This document shows, in pieces, positions 13,432 through 24,223 of a stretch of 64,000 bases of DNA. Position numbers and translations under genes: made by a program. Position 1 is the first letter of the stretch. Each line of letters opens with the position of its first letter. Source of the DNA: Gnetum montanum (Eukaryota; Plantae; Gnetophyta); contig MNCI01003051.1 in NCBI GenBank assembly GCA_015680685.1, positions 62,001 to 126,000 on the forward strand, in the 5' to 3' direction. The notes under the pieces are model-generated. The model was not told where the DNA came from, ran no database searches, and was given only the letters and a program-made list of their open reading frames with translations.

Positions 13432-14772
13432 TTGACGTCTGGAGGATGGGCCCAAGAGATGTTGACAAAGAATACGAAACACCACGAAAGATAAAACACT
13501 AACATTGTTGTTCGGTGATCGTTAAGATGTCGCTTAACTATGCTTGAGAGTGTTGCATTGGTTTTTGTGGGGGGAAAAGGCTAAGCAAGGAGGAAGGAGG
13601 TTCAGGAAAAGGGTAAAGATGAGGCTTAGCAAAGTCCCTTGTCGGAGTGCTCATGAGGGAGTTGTTCATGTTTTCATCTTTACTTTTGCTAACCTTTGAC
13701 CTCTCGTTGGAACGTCCAAAGAGGGTGATTGCGAAACGACTTACGTGCCATTTTTTTTAGGCACGTGAGCCTTTGCTCTCTTACACTTTTGCCACTTGTT
13801 GTTTCGCCGTTTACATTTGCGAACAACCTTATTGCAGGATAAGTGTTTCATTCCCTAAATGAGTTGTGTTACATCTGCATGGGGGCTTTAACCTACCTAT
13901 AGATGCTCCCCATGCGGCGAGCTGTGTTACACACATCATGGACTTTGTGGTTGAGCAAACAAGAGGGCTTAACAGGCGTTGGAAAAAGCTTGTAAAAGAG
14001 GGAAGTGAGAAAGAATTGCAAATGCAAGGAGTAAGGTAAAGGGAGGTAGCTTGTAAGGTAGGATATGCACTCTAAATTAGCCAAGCTAATCTAGACAATC
14101 ACTTCACAACACTGTAGCATTTGCTATTGTGGCGAGATGCACCTTCGGCCGATGCCTCTGCAAACATGACAGAGAGCAAACTAGAAGAAACAACCATGAT
14201 ATAAAATGAGGTCAAAGGTCTTGCTTGCTACAGATGTTGTTGAAGCTCTTGGACATCCATGCTAGTGCATGATGTCCAAAGTAGGAAGGTCAGCAGCAGC
14301 CTCGGTAGCATCAACATGGAGGAGTTGGCATTGAAGGAGCAGGGAGTCACTGTGAGTGCGAATGCTTTGGAATCCCCGCCAAAGGCATGCATTCTCAATT
14401 CAGCTATGGGATCAGCTACCACATAGCTAAATTTTGTTTGAGCCCAGACACTGGCAAGGAGTTGGAGGATGACAATATTGTGGCTGGGCCACAATACTAC
14501 TGGAACTCCAGCAGTAGGCACTGAGCAAGGAACTACCATCAAGGCAATGGGTCGTGGCGATGATAGGTCCAAGGGGTCAGTGAGATGTCATACGACATCT
14601 CCATGGAATCAGCAAGGTGCTAGGAGCAGCAGCGCTACATATGTTCTAGATCATGTTCTCAGTGTGTCGTGAACTACATTCTAAAAATGCAACACCCCAT
14701 CCCGCGTCGACACTGTGCATGCTCGCTTGATGTGTACTTGGTGTAGATGCATGCTAAGGATCTGCCGCAAAC

Positions 14773-15107
14773 CCAGTTTAAGGTCTTGGTAGACCATGTG
14801 CTGGTTTAAGGTCCCAGTAAACCATTGTGCTGGTTTAATTTTCCAACAGACCATATGTGCCAGTTTAACATCATAGTGGATGTGTTGTGCTAGTTTATAG
14901 TCATAGCGGACTAGCTATGCCAATTTTACATCATAGCAGACGATCTGTCCCAGTTTTACGTTGTAGTGGATGAGTTGTGCTAGTTTTACATCGTAGCGAA
15001 CATTGGTGAAGCCGTGCCAGTTTAACATCGTAGCAGATGTTTGCTCACCTATTCCAATTTTACGTCATAGCGGACATGTTGTGCCAGTTTTACATCGTAG
15101 CGGACGA
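14773..15107. repeat. Degenerate tandem array (~33-bp units) in the 3' UTR of element B
   Basis: About 10 units such as 'gtgccagttttacatcgtagcggac' and 'ctggtttaaggtc'. Confidence 0.75.
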
Positions 15108-15128
15108 TTGCCTATCTACTCCATGTGC

Positions 15129-18100
15129 TTAGATGTAATATGGCTTGAGGTATGAGTGATTCACCAGGTTTGCACACTCGTTGTCGTTCATGTCTGCTAG
15201 CTTGAAGGCTCCATTCCCAAAGGCTTTAGTGACCATGTATGTGCCTTCCCAATTGGCTGAGAATTTGCTCACATGCTCACAAACAACCTTGAGGATGAGG
15301 TCTTCTTTTTATATTGGCCATTGATGCAGGTTTGCATGGTGCTTTTGCCATTGCTTGCTCTGGTAGCGCTCTATACAACTTAGCATTTGTGAACACTCCT
15401 CCTCTATTGAGTCGAGGTTGATGATCCTTGACTCATTGTTCTAGGCTTTGCTCATGACATCAGAGAGGATCATCCGAAGTGATGGTACCTACAACTCAAG
15501 AGGTAACACAGTTTCAAATCCACAAACAAGACTGTAAGGAGTCTTACTCATCGCAGTCCTACATGTCATCCTGTAGGCCCATAGAACATAGAGGATTTGC
15601 CCGTGCCACTACCTCTTGTTGTTGCTAAGCATTCTCTTCAGCAAGTTGATGATGGACTTATTTATAGCCTCTACCTACCCATTCGCCTATAGGTAATACG
15701 GGGAGGAGAATGATTGCCTGATGTCCAGATTACTACAGAAGGTTCAGGTTTTCGTACTACTGAACTGTGGTCCATTGTCAGTTACAATAGTCATCGAAAG
15801 CCCAAACCTTGTCATGATGTTATCCATGATGAAGTGGCAAACCTATTGAGATGTTGTCTTCCTTAGGGGGATAGCTTCCATCCACTTAGTAAAATACTCA
15901 GTGGCGGTGATGATGAAGCTAAGCTCTGCGAAGGACTTGGGCGTGATAGGTCCTATGAGGTCTAGTCCCCATCGCTGTAAAGGCCACGTGATCTGCGTTG
16001 GGTGTAGCTCCGTAGGTAAGATGTGTATGAGATTTGCATATCTCTAGCATGTGTCACACGTCTTGACCTTTGATAGGCAATCACACTCTATATGGGGCCA
16101 GTAGTACCCTAGGCGTCTGATTTTCGCAGCCATAGCCCTAGGTGCTATGTGTCCACCACACAATCCCTTATGTACTTCATTAACCACCTTCTGCGTCTAC
16201 TCCTCACCCACGCATGCCAACAATATCCCGTCATAGGAACGTTTGCACAGGGCATCATTTCCCATGAGCATATATTGCCGAGCACGCTTACGGATCGCAT
16301 TTCTCTAGGTAGATGTCAGTCCGCTTGGGGGTTCACCATATTGTAGGTGGGCTTTAATGTTGGCATACCACTCCTGGGTATCCGCGACACTGATAGAGGC
16401 CACACATCCCACCTAAGTGATAGGCTCAATACATTTGACAATCAAAGTTGGCAGACTTGCAAACGAGTGTGGTGGAATATTTAATGCAAGGGTGGCTAAG
16501 GCATCTGCCATGGTGTTTTCGTTGCGTGGCACGTGTTGCACATCCGTAGTTGCAAACTGTTTGATCAGGCTTTTTACTATGTCATAGTAGGGTTGCAGGT
16601 GCATAGCTTTGCAGGCATATACTTCGCTGATTTGATTCACAACTAGTTTTGAGTCACCGCAAATCGCCAAGTGTTGTATGCATAGTATTTGGGCGGCTGA
16701 GAGGCCTCTGAGTAGCCCCTCATACTCTGCTAAATTATTGGTACAAGGGAATGCAAAATGATAAGCAAATGGGGTCTATGGTTGCCTGGTCATCGATGGG
16801 TGAGGCTATAAGTTGGGTTGCTACAGCTTGACCCTTTGTCGACGATTGGCTCACATAGTGTAAGTCGAACTCTACGGTTATTACTTTCCATCGGGCTATC
16901 CTGCTACTTTCATACAGGTTATTAGTGATAGCTCGAAGTATGTTGCTTTTGCAAATGATGTTAATTGTACTACGAAACAGGTAATGCCTCCACTTTTTTA
17001 ACACAAATACTAAGGCAAGGAAATTCCTCTCCACCTCGTTGTATTTCACCTCATGCGCTATTAATGCATGACTCAGATAATACACTGGTATCTTAGATCT
17101 GTTGTCTCGTTTCTGACATAACAGTGCTATGATAGATGTGTCGAAGGTGGCAAGGTAGATGAAGAAAGGCTTATCCCTCTGTGGTGGATGCATAGTTGGG
17201 AGGTGCAGAAGCTCTTTCTTCAAGTCATCGAAGGCTTGTTGACATTTGGTTGTCCATTCGAAGTTAACCCCTTTCTTTAGAAGATGTTGCATGGGGTGTA
17301 ACTTGTCAGTCAACTTTGCTATGAACCTTCGGATGAACTGTACTCTACCCTAAAAACCACATAATTCCTTAAGGTTCACAGGAGGTGCTAGGTTGATGAT
17401 GGCTTTAACCTTGTCAGGGTCCACCTGTATCCTGTCCTCTAATACTACAAACCCCAACATGTGTCCATTCTTCACCCCAAAGAAAAAATTCTTAGGATTA
17501 AGATGTAAATCATGCATTTGACAACACTTGAGGACTACCCCTAGATCGTGTGGGTGATCAGCGGCCTCTTTGGACTTGACCGCTATATCATCCACGTAGT
17601 CGTTTAGCATCTCTAAAATGTAGTTGCTAAAGATGTAAGTCATGGCTCGTTGGTAAGTTGCTCCATCATTTTTGAGCCCAAAAGGCATCATGGCGTAACA
17701 AAAGGTACCCCATGGGGTCATGAAAGTTGTTGTTAATTGATGCTTTGGGTTGATGTGAATTTGGTTGTAGCCAGAGAAACCATCCATGAAGGATAACAGA
17801 GCATGACCAACTATAGTGTCGATGAGTTGATTGATGCTTGGAAGTGGAAAATTATCTTTGATCGTTTCCTTGTTCAGATCCTAGAAGTCTATACAGATTC
17901 ATATTCCTCCCATTTTCTTAGAAACCACAACGATGTTGGACACCCATTTTGAGTAATCAACTGCTCAGATGAAACCAGCTTGGTATAGCTTGGTGATTTC
18001 ATCCCTTACAGCTAGTGCAATTTCAAGTTTAACCTTACGAGATTTTTGCTTGACTACCTTCATGTGTGGATCTAGAACAATGTTGTCCTGTATTAGCCTC

Positions 18101-18507
18101 GAATCTAAACCTGGCATGTCATTGTATGACCATGTGAAGACCTTAATGTTGTCTTGCAAGATTTTGACCACACCTCCATGTGTCTGCGCATCTAGGAGGG
18201 AGCTAAGTTTTAACATTTTTACTTCCCCCTTGGACATGGTCACAAGAGTCTCGACGAGAGGGTCCTCAGTTACATCCTCAGCCTCTAGATCTAGGGTTCA
18301 GACTAGATGCTTAGGCCAGTCTAGGGATGTTTCTAAGGACGCTATGGTGTTAGCTGTGGTTGATTCCCAGTCAATCAGGTCTGGGTTTAATGATCTTGTG
18401 AGCTTGCCATGTGGACTGGCTAAAGCTAAAGGCATGGAGAGATCGTGATGGATTTCCATTTTTTGCTCAACCTACCAAGATGAAATGAGAGTCTGGTTAC
18501 GAGGCAC
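15129..18507 (-). pseudogene. pol of element B: RT, RNase H, archaeal-type RNase H, integrase (decayed)
   Basis: RT 'MDGFSGYNQI..MPFGLKN.GATYQR..YVDD' (17350-17787); RH (16735-17313); aRH 'AEYEGL..GDSKLVVNQ..HVPRNENTMADALA' (16413-16735); integrase 'WGLDLIGP', 'TDNGPQF', ending 'NHSYLKPYYI*' at 15129. Confidence 0.93.
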
Positions 18508-18692
18508 CTGTCAGTAGTAATCATGTATAATGACAATTTGAAAAACAACGATGAGATGTAACTAGCGAAGTATGATATAAAGATTAAAATTTTCCAGTTT
18601 AAATTCATGGCAGACTGCTAAGGCATGGAGATGCAAAATTGCTAAAAGAGAAAATGTAAAAATGTAAAACTGTCAATGCGAAAGCATGAAAT

Positions 18693-18917
18693 TGCTAGTT
18701 TAATGTCATTGTGGACTTCGTACGTGTACTGAATCGAAACTGCTAGTTTAAGGTCTTTTTGGATAGTGTACAAAATGCTACGCTAGGAATGCTAGTTTAA
18801 GGTCTTTTCGGACCACTAGAGTTGTAACTATGCTAAGATTGCTAGTTTAAGGTCTTTCCGGACCAGTAAAATTGTTGCTACGCTAAGGTTGCTAGTTTAA
18901 GGTCTTTTCAGACCGGT
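18693..18917. repeat. Tandem array, 5 units of ~49-50 bp, core TGCTAGTTTAAGGTCTTT
   Basis: Unit starts at about 18693, 18741, 18790, 18840 and 18890. Confidence 0.85.
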
Positions 18918-19946
18918 AAAATTATAAAATATATTATTTTTTATTTTTCGGGAAAGCAAAAAATTAGCTCGAAGTGTGCCAAGATCTTTCGCCCAGATCG
19001 GCCTATTTTAATTGCTAACAGTGCCACGATGTCGTGGCGAGCATGCTACACTGCATGGTATACCAAACATTAAATGGAGAGAGAGAGAATGGAAGTTTCC
19101 CTTTTTCACCATTACGGCCATAAATAGGGCTTAAACCCTGGTAAGCTTATCATTCTCACCATAAGAGCGCAAAGCCCACATTTGGAGCATAGAGCAATTG
19201 CGGAGCACAGAGCGATTGTGCTAACAGAAAGCAAGGTGATTTTTTGCATAGCAACAGGGAAAATTCTGCAAGTAGGATGATGGTTCCAAAGAAGGAACGC
19301 ACTCACTTGGTGCTTGCAAAGGTCAAGGAGGTAAAGGAAACCCTAGGGTGCGTGACACAATCGCACGTCACAGTGCAAGAGGAGACGCTGTTGACCCGGT
19401 AGGCTGCTATGCCTCCTCTATTTTTTCATGCTTCTGTTATCGTTTTTATTTTCTGCTTTCAATTCTACGATTTAGTTTTGGCTGTCTGTGTTTCCTGTCA
19501 TTGCGTTATCGTTGTTTTGGCCTTTACACCATCACTATTGTCGTTTCGGCCATGGCGGATGTACAAACGCTATGCTATTGTTGCATGCAAGGTTGCCTAA
19601 GTCACCATTACCGTGGTTGTCATTACTGTAGGGGTTTAGTCAATTTAGGTTACTTGGCTTTCGAATGGTGTAGTGTAGGACCCTCAGGAGGGTTTGGCTA
19701 TGTGTGACGTCACAATGTGACAAGTGTTTCGTCAGGGTGTAGTGCTAATCATTCTGCTAAAGTTAATCGCTCTGTTGCTACGCTAGGCTATTCTTGTTAC
19801 GCTATTGCTTTCACATTCTTGCTATGCTATGTGCAGGAAGAGGGTTATGCCTACGCTATATGCTAAAATGCTAGGTCTTGCTACGCTATGTGTGTATTGC
19901 ACTTGGGTATGATGTTAACATTTGCTAGTTGTGTTGTGCATAATAG

Positions 19947-22900
19947 CGCTGAGGCCAACTCTAATTGTCCTAGAAATCGTGGGGGTCATGTGTTGCGTGA
20001 GCAAACCAATGGCCAATGTTCCTCCTCCCCATACACGTGTGGGAGAGAAGGGGGTCTGGTTCAGGCAAGAAGCACAAGAGTTCTTACAATTCCTCCTTCA
20101 ACACTTCAGTGTGATTGTTTGGTCATACCTAGAGGAGGAAGAGGCGGTCGTCATAGCAGAGACCCTGTTACCTAGGGCAAACCAGGTTATCTTGACGTTT
20201 TTGATAGATGAGATAATTAGTAGTAGGTAGGAAGAAGGATCTAGTCAACGTCCCAAAGATTTGAGACATTTGGCTTGGATCTGGGATATGCTTGAGTACA
20301 GCTGCTACCATCTTTACAACACATTGTTTGTTGCACGTCATATGGGAATGTGCTTTCAAAACCCACTAGGGATTATCTACTGTGCTGGCGGGTGAGTTTT
20401 GTAGCCTTGTTCCGCTGTATTGTGTGACGCTTGCTATGCTAGCCAAACGCTAATAGTGTGTTTTTGTTATCAAGTTTTACATTAACAAGGAAGGGCTTCA
20501 TGACAATGCAGGTGTGCTGACCATAACGTGGCTGGCCCTGTAGGAGTTCTCTTCTACTGAGAATCTACATGCAGGTGTGATTGGTCAATGCGGGGGTAAA
20601 TACCACACCTACCTAGACCTATACCTCATTTCCTATGGCAAGTGCAAGGAGTCTGGTTGGCTGGATGAGGGATGGGTAGCGTTCAAACCAATCACCGTTG
20701 AACAAGTCCTAGTTAGTCTTCCACTATTCCTGTTATCGTACAAACCTGGTAAGCTAAACAATAAGTGCTACATGCTTAAGTGTCTTTGCAATCTTTGGGT
20801 TCTCTATGTTTTTTCATGCTAAATGCTTCTGTGAAAACTGCTATAGGGGCGAAAAAGCCCTAGGAGGTGATGGTTGTAACCATTGAGAACCAGGAGGCAA
20901 ACATCTACTTCAAGTATGGAGAATTAGATGCAAGCCAGCGCTAGATATGCAACGCGGCCTCGAACTCCTTAGTCCAAAACATCCAAAAGGTTGGGCTCAT
21001 GGATCTGTTCCTGGCCCCAAACTTGAGTGTCCCTGCCGTCGAGATGCTCTCCCTGGTTAGCTCCTTTTCCAGTAGGGCAAACAGCTTCCGTGCATGCATA
21101 CACGACGTACAGGTGGTCATTGAAATTAATGACCAACTGTTCACAAATCTTTTCGACGTCCCTGCTGATGGTTTCCTCATAGGGTCGAAGAACAAGAGGC
21201 AGCTGAGCCTTCAGAAGAAGGACATTCAGGAGTGGTTAGGGATTGCCAAGGAGCAGAAGGGACTTCCCATGGAGAAGCTTAAAGTAGAACCCACCAGGGA
21301 GGTTTACCCTATCTTCTGTGCTTGCGCATTTCCCCAGCTGCTTTCCCAAGGGAAGGTCCTTGGGATTGAGCAGGCCTGGATGATGCATGAGGTCATTGAG
21401 GAAGGGGCCCACTACAACTAGGCTAATTTTCTATGTAAAGGCTTGCAAACTAAAATTTTGGGGCTCCATAAGAAGCAAGAGTCCCATTCCAATATACATT
21501 ATGCCTTTTACATAGCTTGCTTGCGGCGCTTCGTAGAGTTTCTGGTAGTTCATGAGAATGGAGCCTGGGTCATGCGAAATCGCAACCAAATTTTCAGACC
21601 ATGGATCTGCCAAATTGGGGAGTCATTCTCCATGATGACTAAGGATCAGGTGGCCCACAACTTTCATGGCCGAGATAGCGTAAGAGAGACGTCCCCTGCT
21701 GTAGTCGGTAGTGTGTCATTGGGAAAACATCTCATAGCCAAGACTGTGGCTAGTAAGTTGCAGCAAAAGAGGCCTCCTTCAGCTAAGGAAACCCTCTGTG
21801 CTGAAGAAGAAGAGGGGAGGAGATTTCGGCTTAAACTACAGAGGACGCAACCCCCCATTGGTAAACGCTTCTACCCATGCTTATTTCCTTACCTACTTTG
21901 CTAATGCCTACTATGCTATACTACGCTAGACAGCCTAGTGTAGCATAGCACTTGCTTTAAGCTAACCTGTTTTAAGATAACGCAAACACGTTTTTTCGCT
22001 AGCAGAGAAAGAAGGCAAAGAAGAGGTGTCGGCCCCAAAATGAGGACAACAAATAAAGACTCAGAGGCTCTAGTCTCAGAGAGAAGGGCCTCGGTCAAGA
22101 AAGAAAGAGCTCCTGCCACTAAGGTAGGGGCTCTTGTTATTAGGTAGAATCCTCCTACCATCGAGGAGAACATTTTTGGGGACAAAGAGGAGTCTCCCTT
22201 GATAAAAAAGACGCTAATCTCTCAAAATAAAAGGCACCAGTGCATGAAAAAGAGGTCTGTATAGACCTGGAAGGGACTTCTGCCAAGGCTGCTACCATCG
22301 TTTTGCATCAATAGGAAAGGGAACCGCAATTGAACGCTGGTAAGTTTAACAATATGTCTATCCTGTCATAGCTCATTTCGGCTATTGCTGACACGTTTAG
22401 TTAAATGATAGGCACCATTGTTGATGTTGTAGGACCCCCTTTGAATCATGTGGAATCATGGGCTGACACCCCTGATAAGTTTACGTTTATGCAGGAAATC
22501 GTCGATGACATGATCAGTCACCTTAGGCGGATCGACCCTGAAGTTGGTAAGTCGTAGTGTTAGGTGCTCTCATGTTGCTACACTAGAATTCTTGAATTCG
22601 CTAACCTTGCTACGCTAATGCAACTAATATGCTCTTTATGTCATTGCAACCTCTCGACTCAAATGGGGCCCGGCACGACCTCTGAAAGTTGGTGCAGTGC
22701 CTACATTCCCACCTGAAGTGACCGAAGTGCCTCACTGCGCATACGATGAGGTGAGCAAATGTGCTTTGCACTCGACTCGCTCTTTGTGGGAGTACAAGCA
22801 CATCAACAAAGACCTGTGGAAACCAGTCCAAAAAGCTAAGCAAGAGAAGGCTGACCTAAGCACCAAGGTGGAAGACCTCAAATCAAGGATCGAATTTCTC

Positions 22901-23693
22901 CTAGCTCATGATACTAATAAAGAAGACTGGTGCACGGTTGTAATAGATCATGCCAAATTTTGGACAGTCATACGTCAGAACAATGAAGCCACCTGCGAAA
23001 TAATAGAACAGTGGATGCAAATGGACTTGTTGGCCTAGAAATGTCAAGATTGAAAATATTTCAATGCCAGGGTTTACGAATGGGGGCAGTCCTAGAAAAA
23101 CCATAAACATATGTATAAACTGGAACATGCCACCTATCGTAAACTGTACAGGAACATTGCCGTAGAGGCATTTACCTATAAGGAATTTGTAAATGCTATT
23201 AACGCTTCTGAGGCCTACGACAAGTTCAAAGAACAAGTAAAGGTTACAGAATCTCCTAAATGGGAAGTGGACCTTCCCCCAGGAGAGACCGTGACTGCCT
23301 CCTTTACTCCGGGACCGCCGAGATGGATGACCGTAGAAAAGGAGAAGGCTGCTGCAGACGCTGAACCTAGCATCAAGCTTTGGGTGGATATGATTGAAGA
23401 GGAAGTCTAGCATCCCCTCAAGCTTTGTTTAGATCAGATACCCTTTGAGACGGACGCAGGTCCTTCTCAGGTTAGTTGCTTTTTACTATGTCAATGCTCA
23501 TGCTCTGTTGTAACTTGCATGCGTTGCCTTAATTGACCACTTCATTTCTACGATGTAGGTTCTAGACGAGGGCATAAGGCCCATAGAGGGAAGGGATGAA
23601 GGGTCAGCAAAGGACAATGCAAGGGAAGGTAATGCAAGAGGGGGTGATGCAGAAGCGAGTGGCGAAGATGCTACGGGTAGAGACAACCCATGA
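19947..23693 (+). pseudogene. Antisense multi-exon accessory gene inside element B: FCP1/NIF-like HAD (pseudo)phosphatase domain, plant-transposon accessory domain, basic linker, coiled coil, acidic tail
   Basis: Exons 19947-20391, ~20474-20748, 20847-21860, ~21977-22339, 22412-22546, 22650-23470, 23559-23693. Donors are GTGAGT, GTAAGC, GTAAAC, GTAAGT, GTAAGT, GTTAGT and phases are mostly compatible. The exons link ORFs 19922, 20577, 20999, 21443, 22697 and 23111. AATAAA at 23772-23777. Internal stops are TAG/TGA one transition from sense codons. The start exon is unresolved and exon 4 appears frameshifted. Confidence 0.75.
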
Positions 23694-23850
23694 CAGCATG
23701 GGAATTTTTTTTTGAAATTTTTTAAGTTTTTGTAAAAATTTGCAAACCTTGCTTGAAAGGAAAAAGCTTTGAATAAAAAGGAGACTTTATTCTGCACTAA
23801 CTTATGCATTGTGTACATGCTGAATGTCATGCTGGAATTTTGCTCTTTTG

Positions 23851-24110
23851 TGCTAGTTTTACGCCATTTCGGGCCATGGCTAGTTTTAGGCCATTTTGGG
23901 TCGTGGCTAGTTTTAGGCCATTTTGGGCCATAGCGTGGCATAGTTTTAGGGTATTGTGGGCCACTGCTAGTTTTAGGCCATTTCGGGCCATAACATGGCA
24001 TAGTTTTAGGCCATTGCAGGCCAATGCTAGTTTTAGGCCATTTTGGGCCATAGTGTGGCATAGTTTTAGGCCATTGCAGGCCACTGCTAGTTTTAGGTCA
24101 TTTCGGGCCA
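23851..24110. repeat. Tandem array, ~9 units alternating 27/33 bp, core (GC/CA)TAGTTTTAGGCCATT
   Basis: Directly visible repeats; they produce the repetitive ORFs 23498-24061, 23804-24118 and 23827-24111. Confidence 0.9.
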
Positions 24111-24223
24111 TCGCATAGCAACAAAGGGTGGTAAATATACAAAGGATGGTGGCTGGGCAGGAAGCAGCGGGGTTGCTACACTACACGTAACTGCTTCTTA
24201 ATCCATCATGGATTAAGTGGAAC

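Noticed and set aside
17969-18448. 159-aa plus-strand ORF (also 24859-25353 and 22901-23413)
   Set aside because: These are antisense shadows of genuine coding frames on the other strand.
14773-24110. CRISPR-like appearance of the three repeat arrays
   Set aside because: The context is a eukaryotic retrotransposon, the sequences between cores are related to each other rather than unique spacers, and no cas genes are present.
23498-24118. Long ORFs 23498-24061, 23804-24118 and 23827-24111
   Set aside because: They are translations of the 27/33-bp tandem array, and partly the antisense of the last exon; there is no independent coding evidence.
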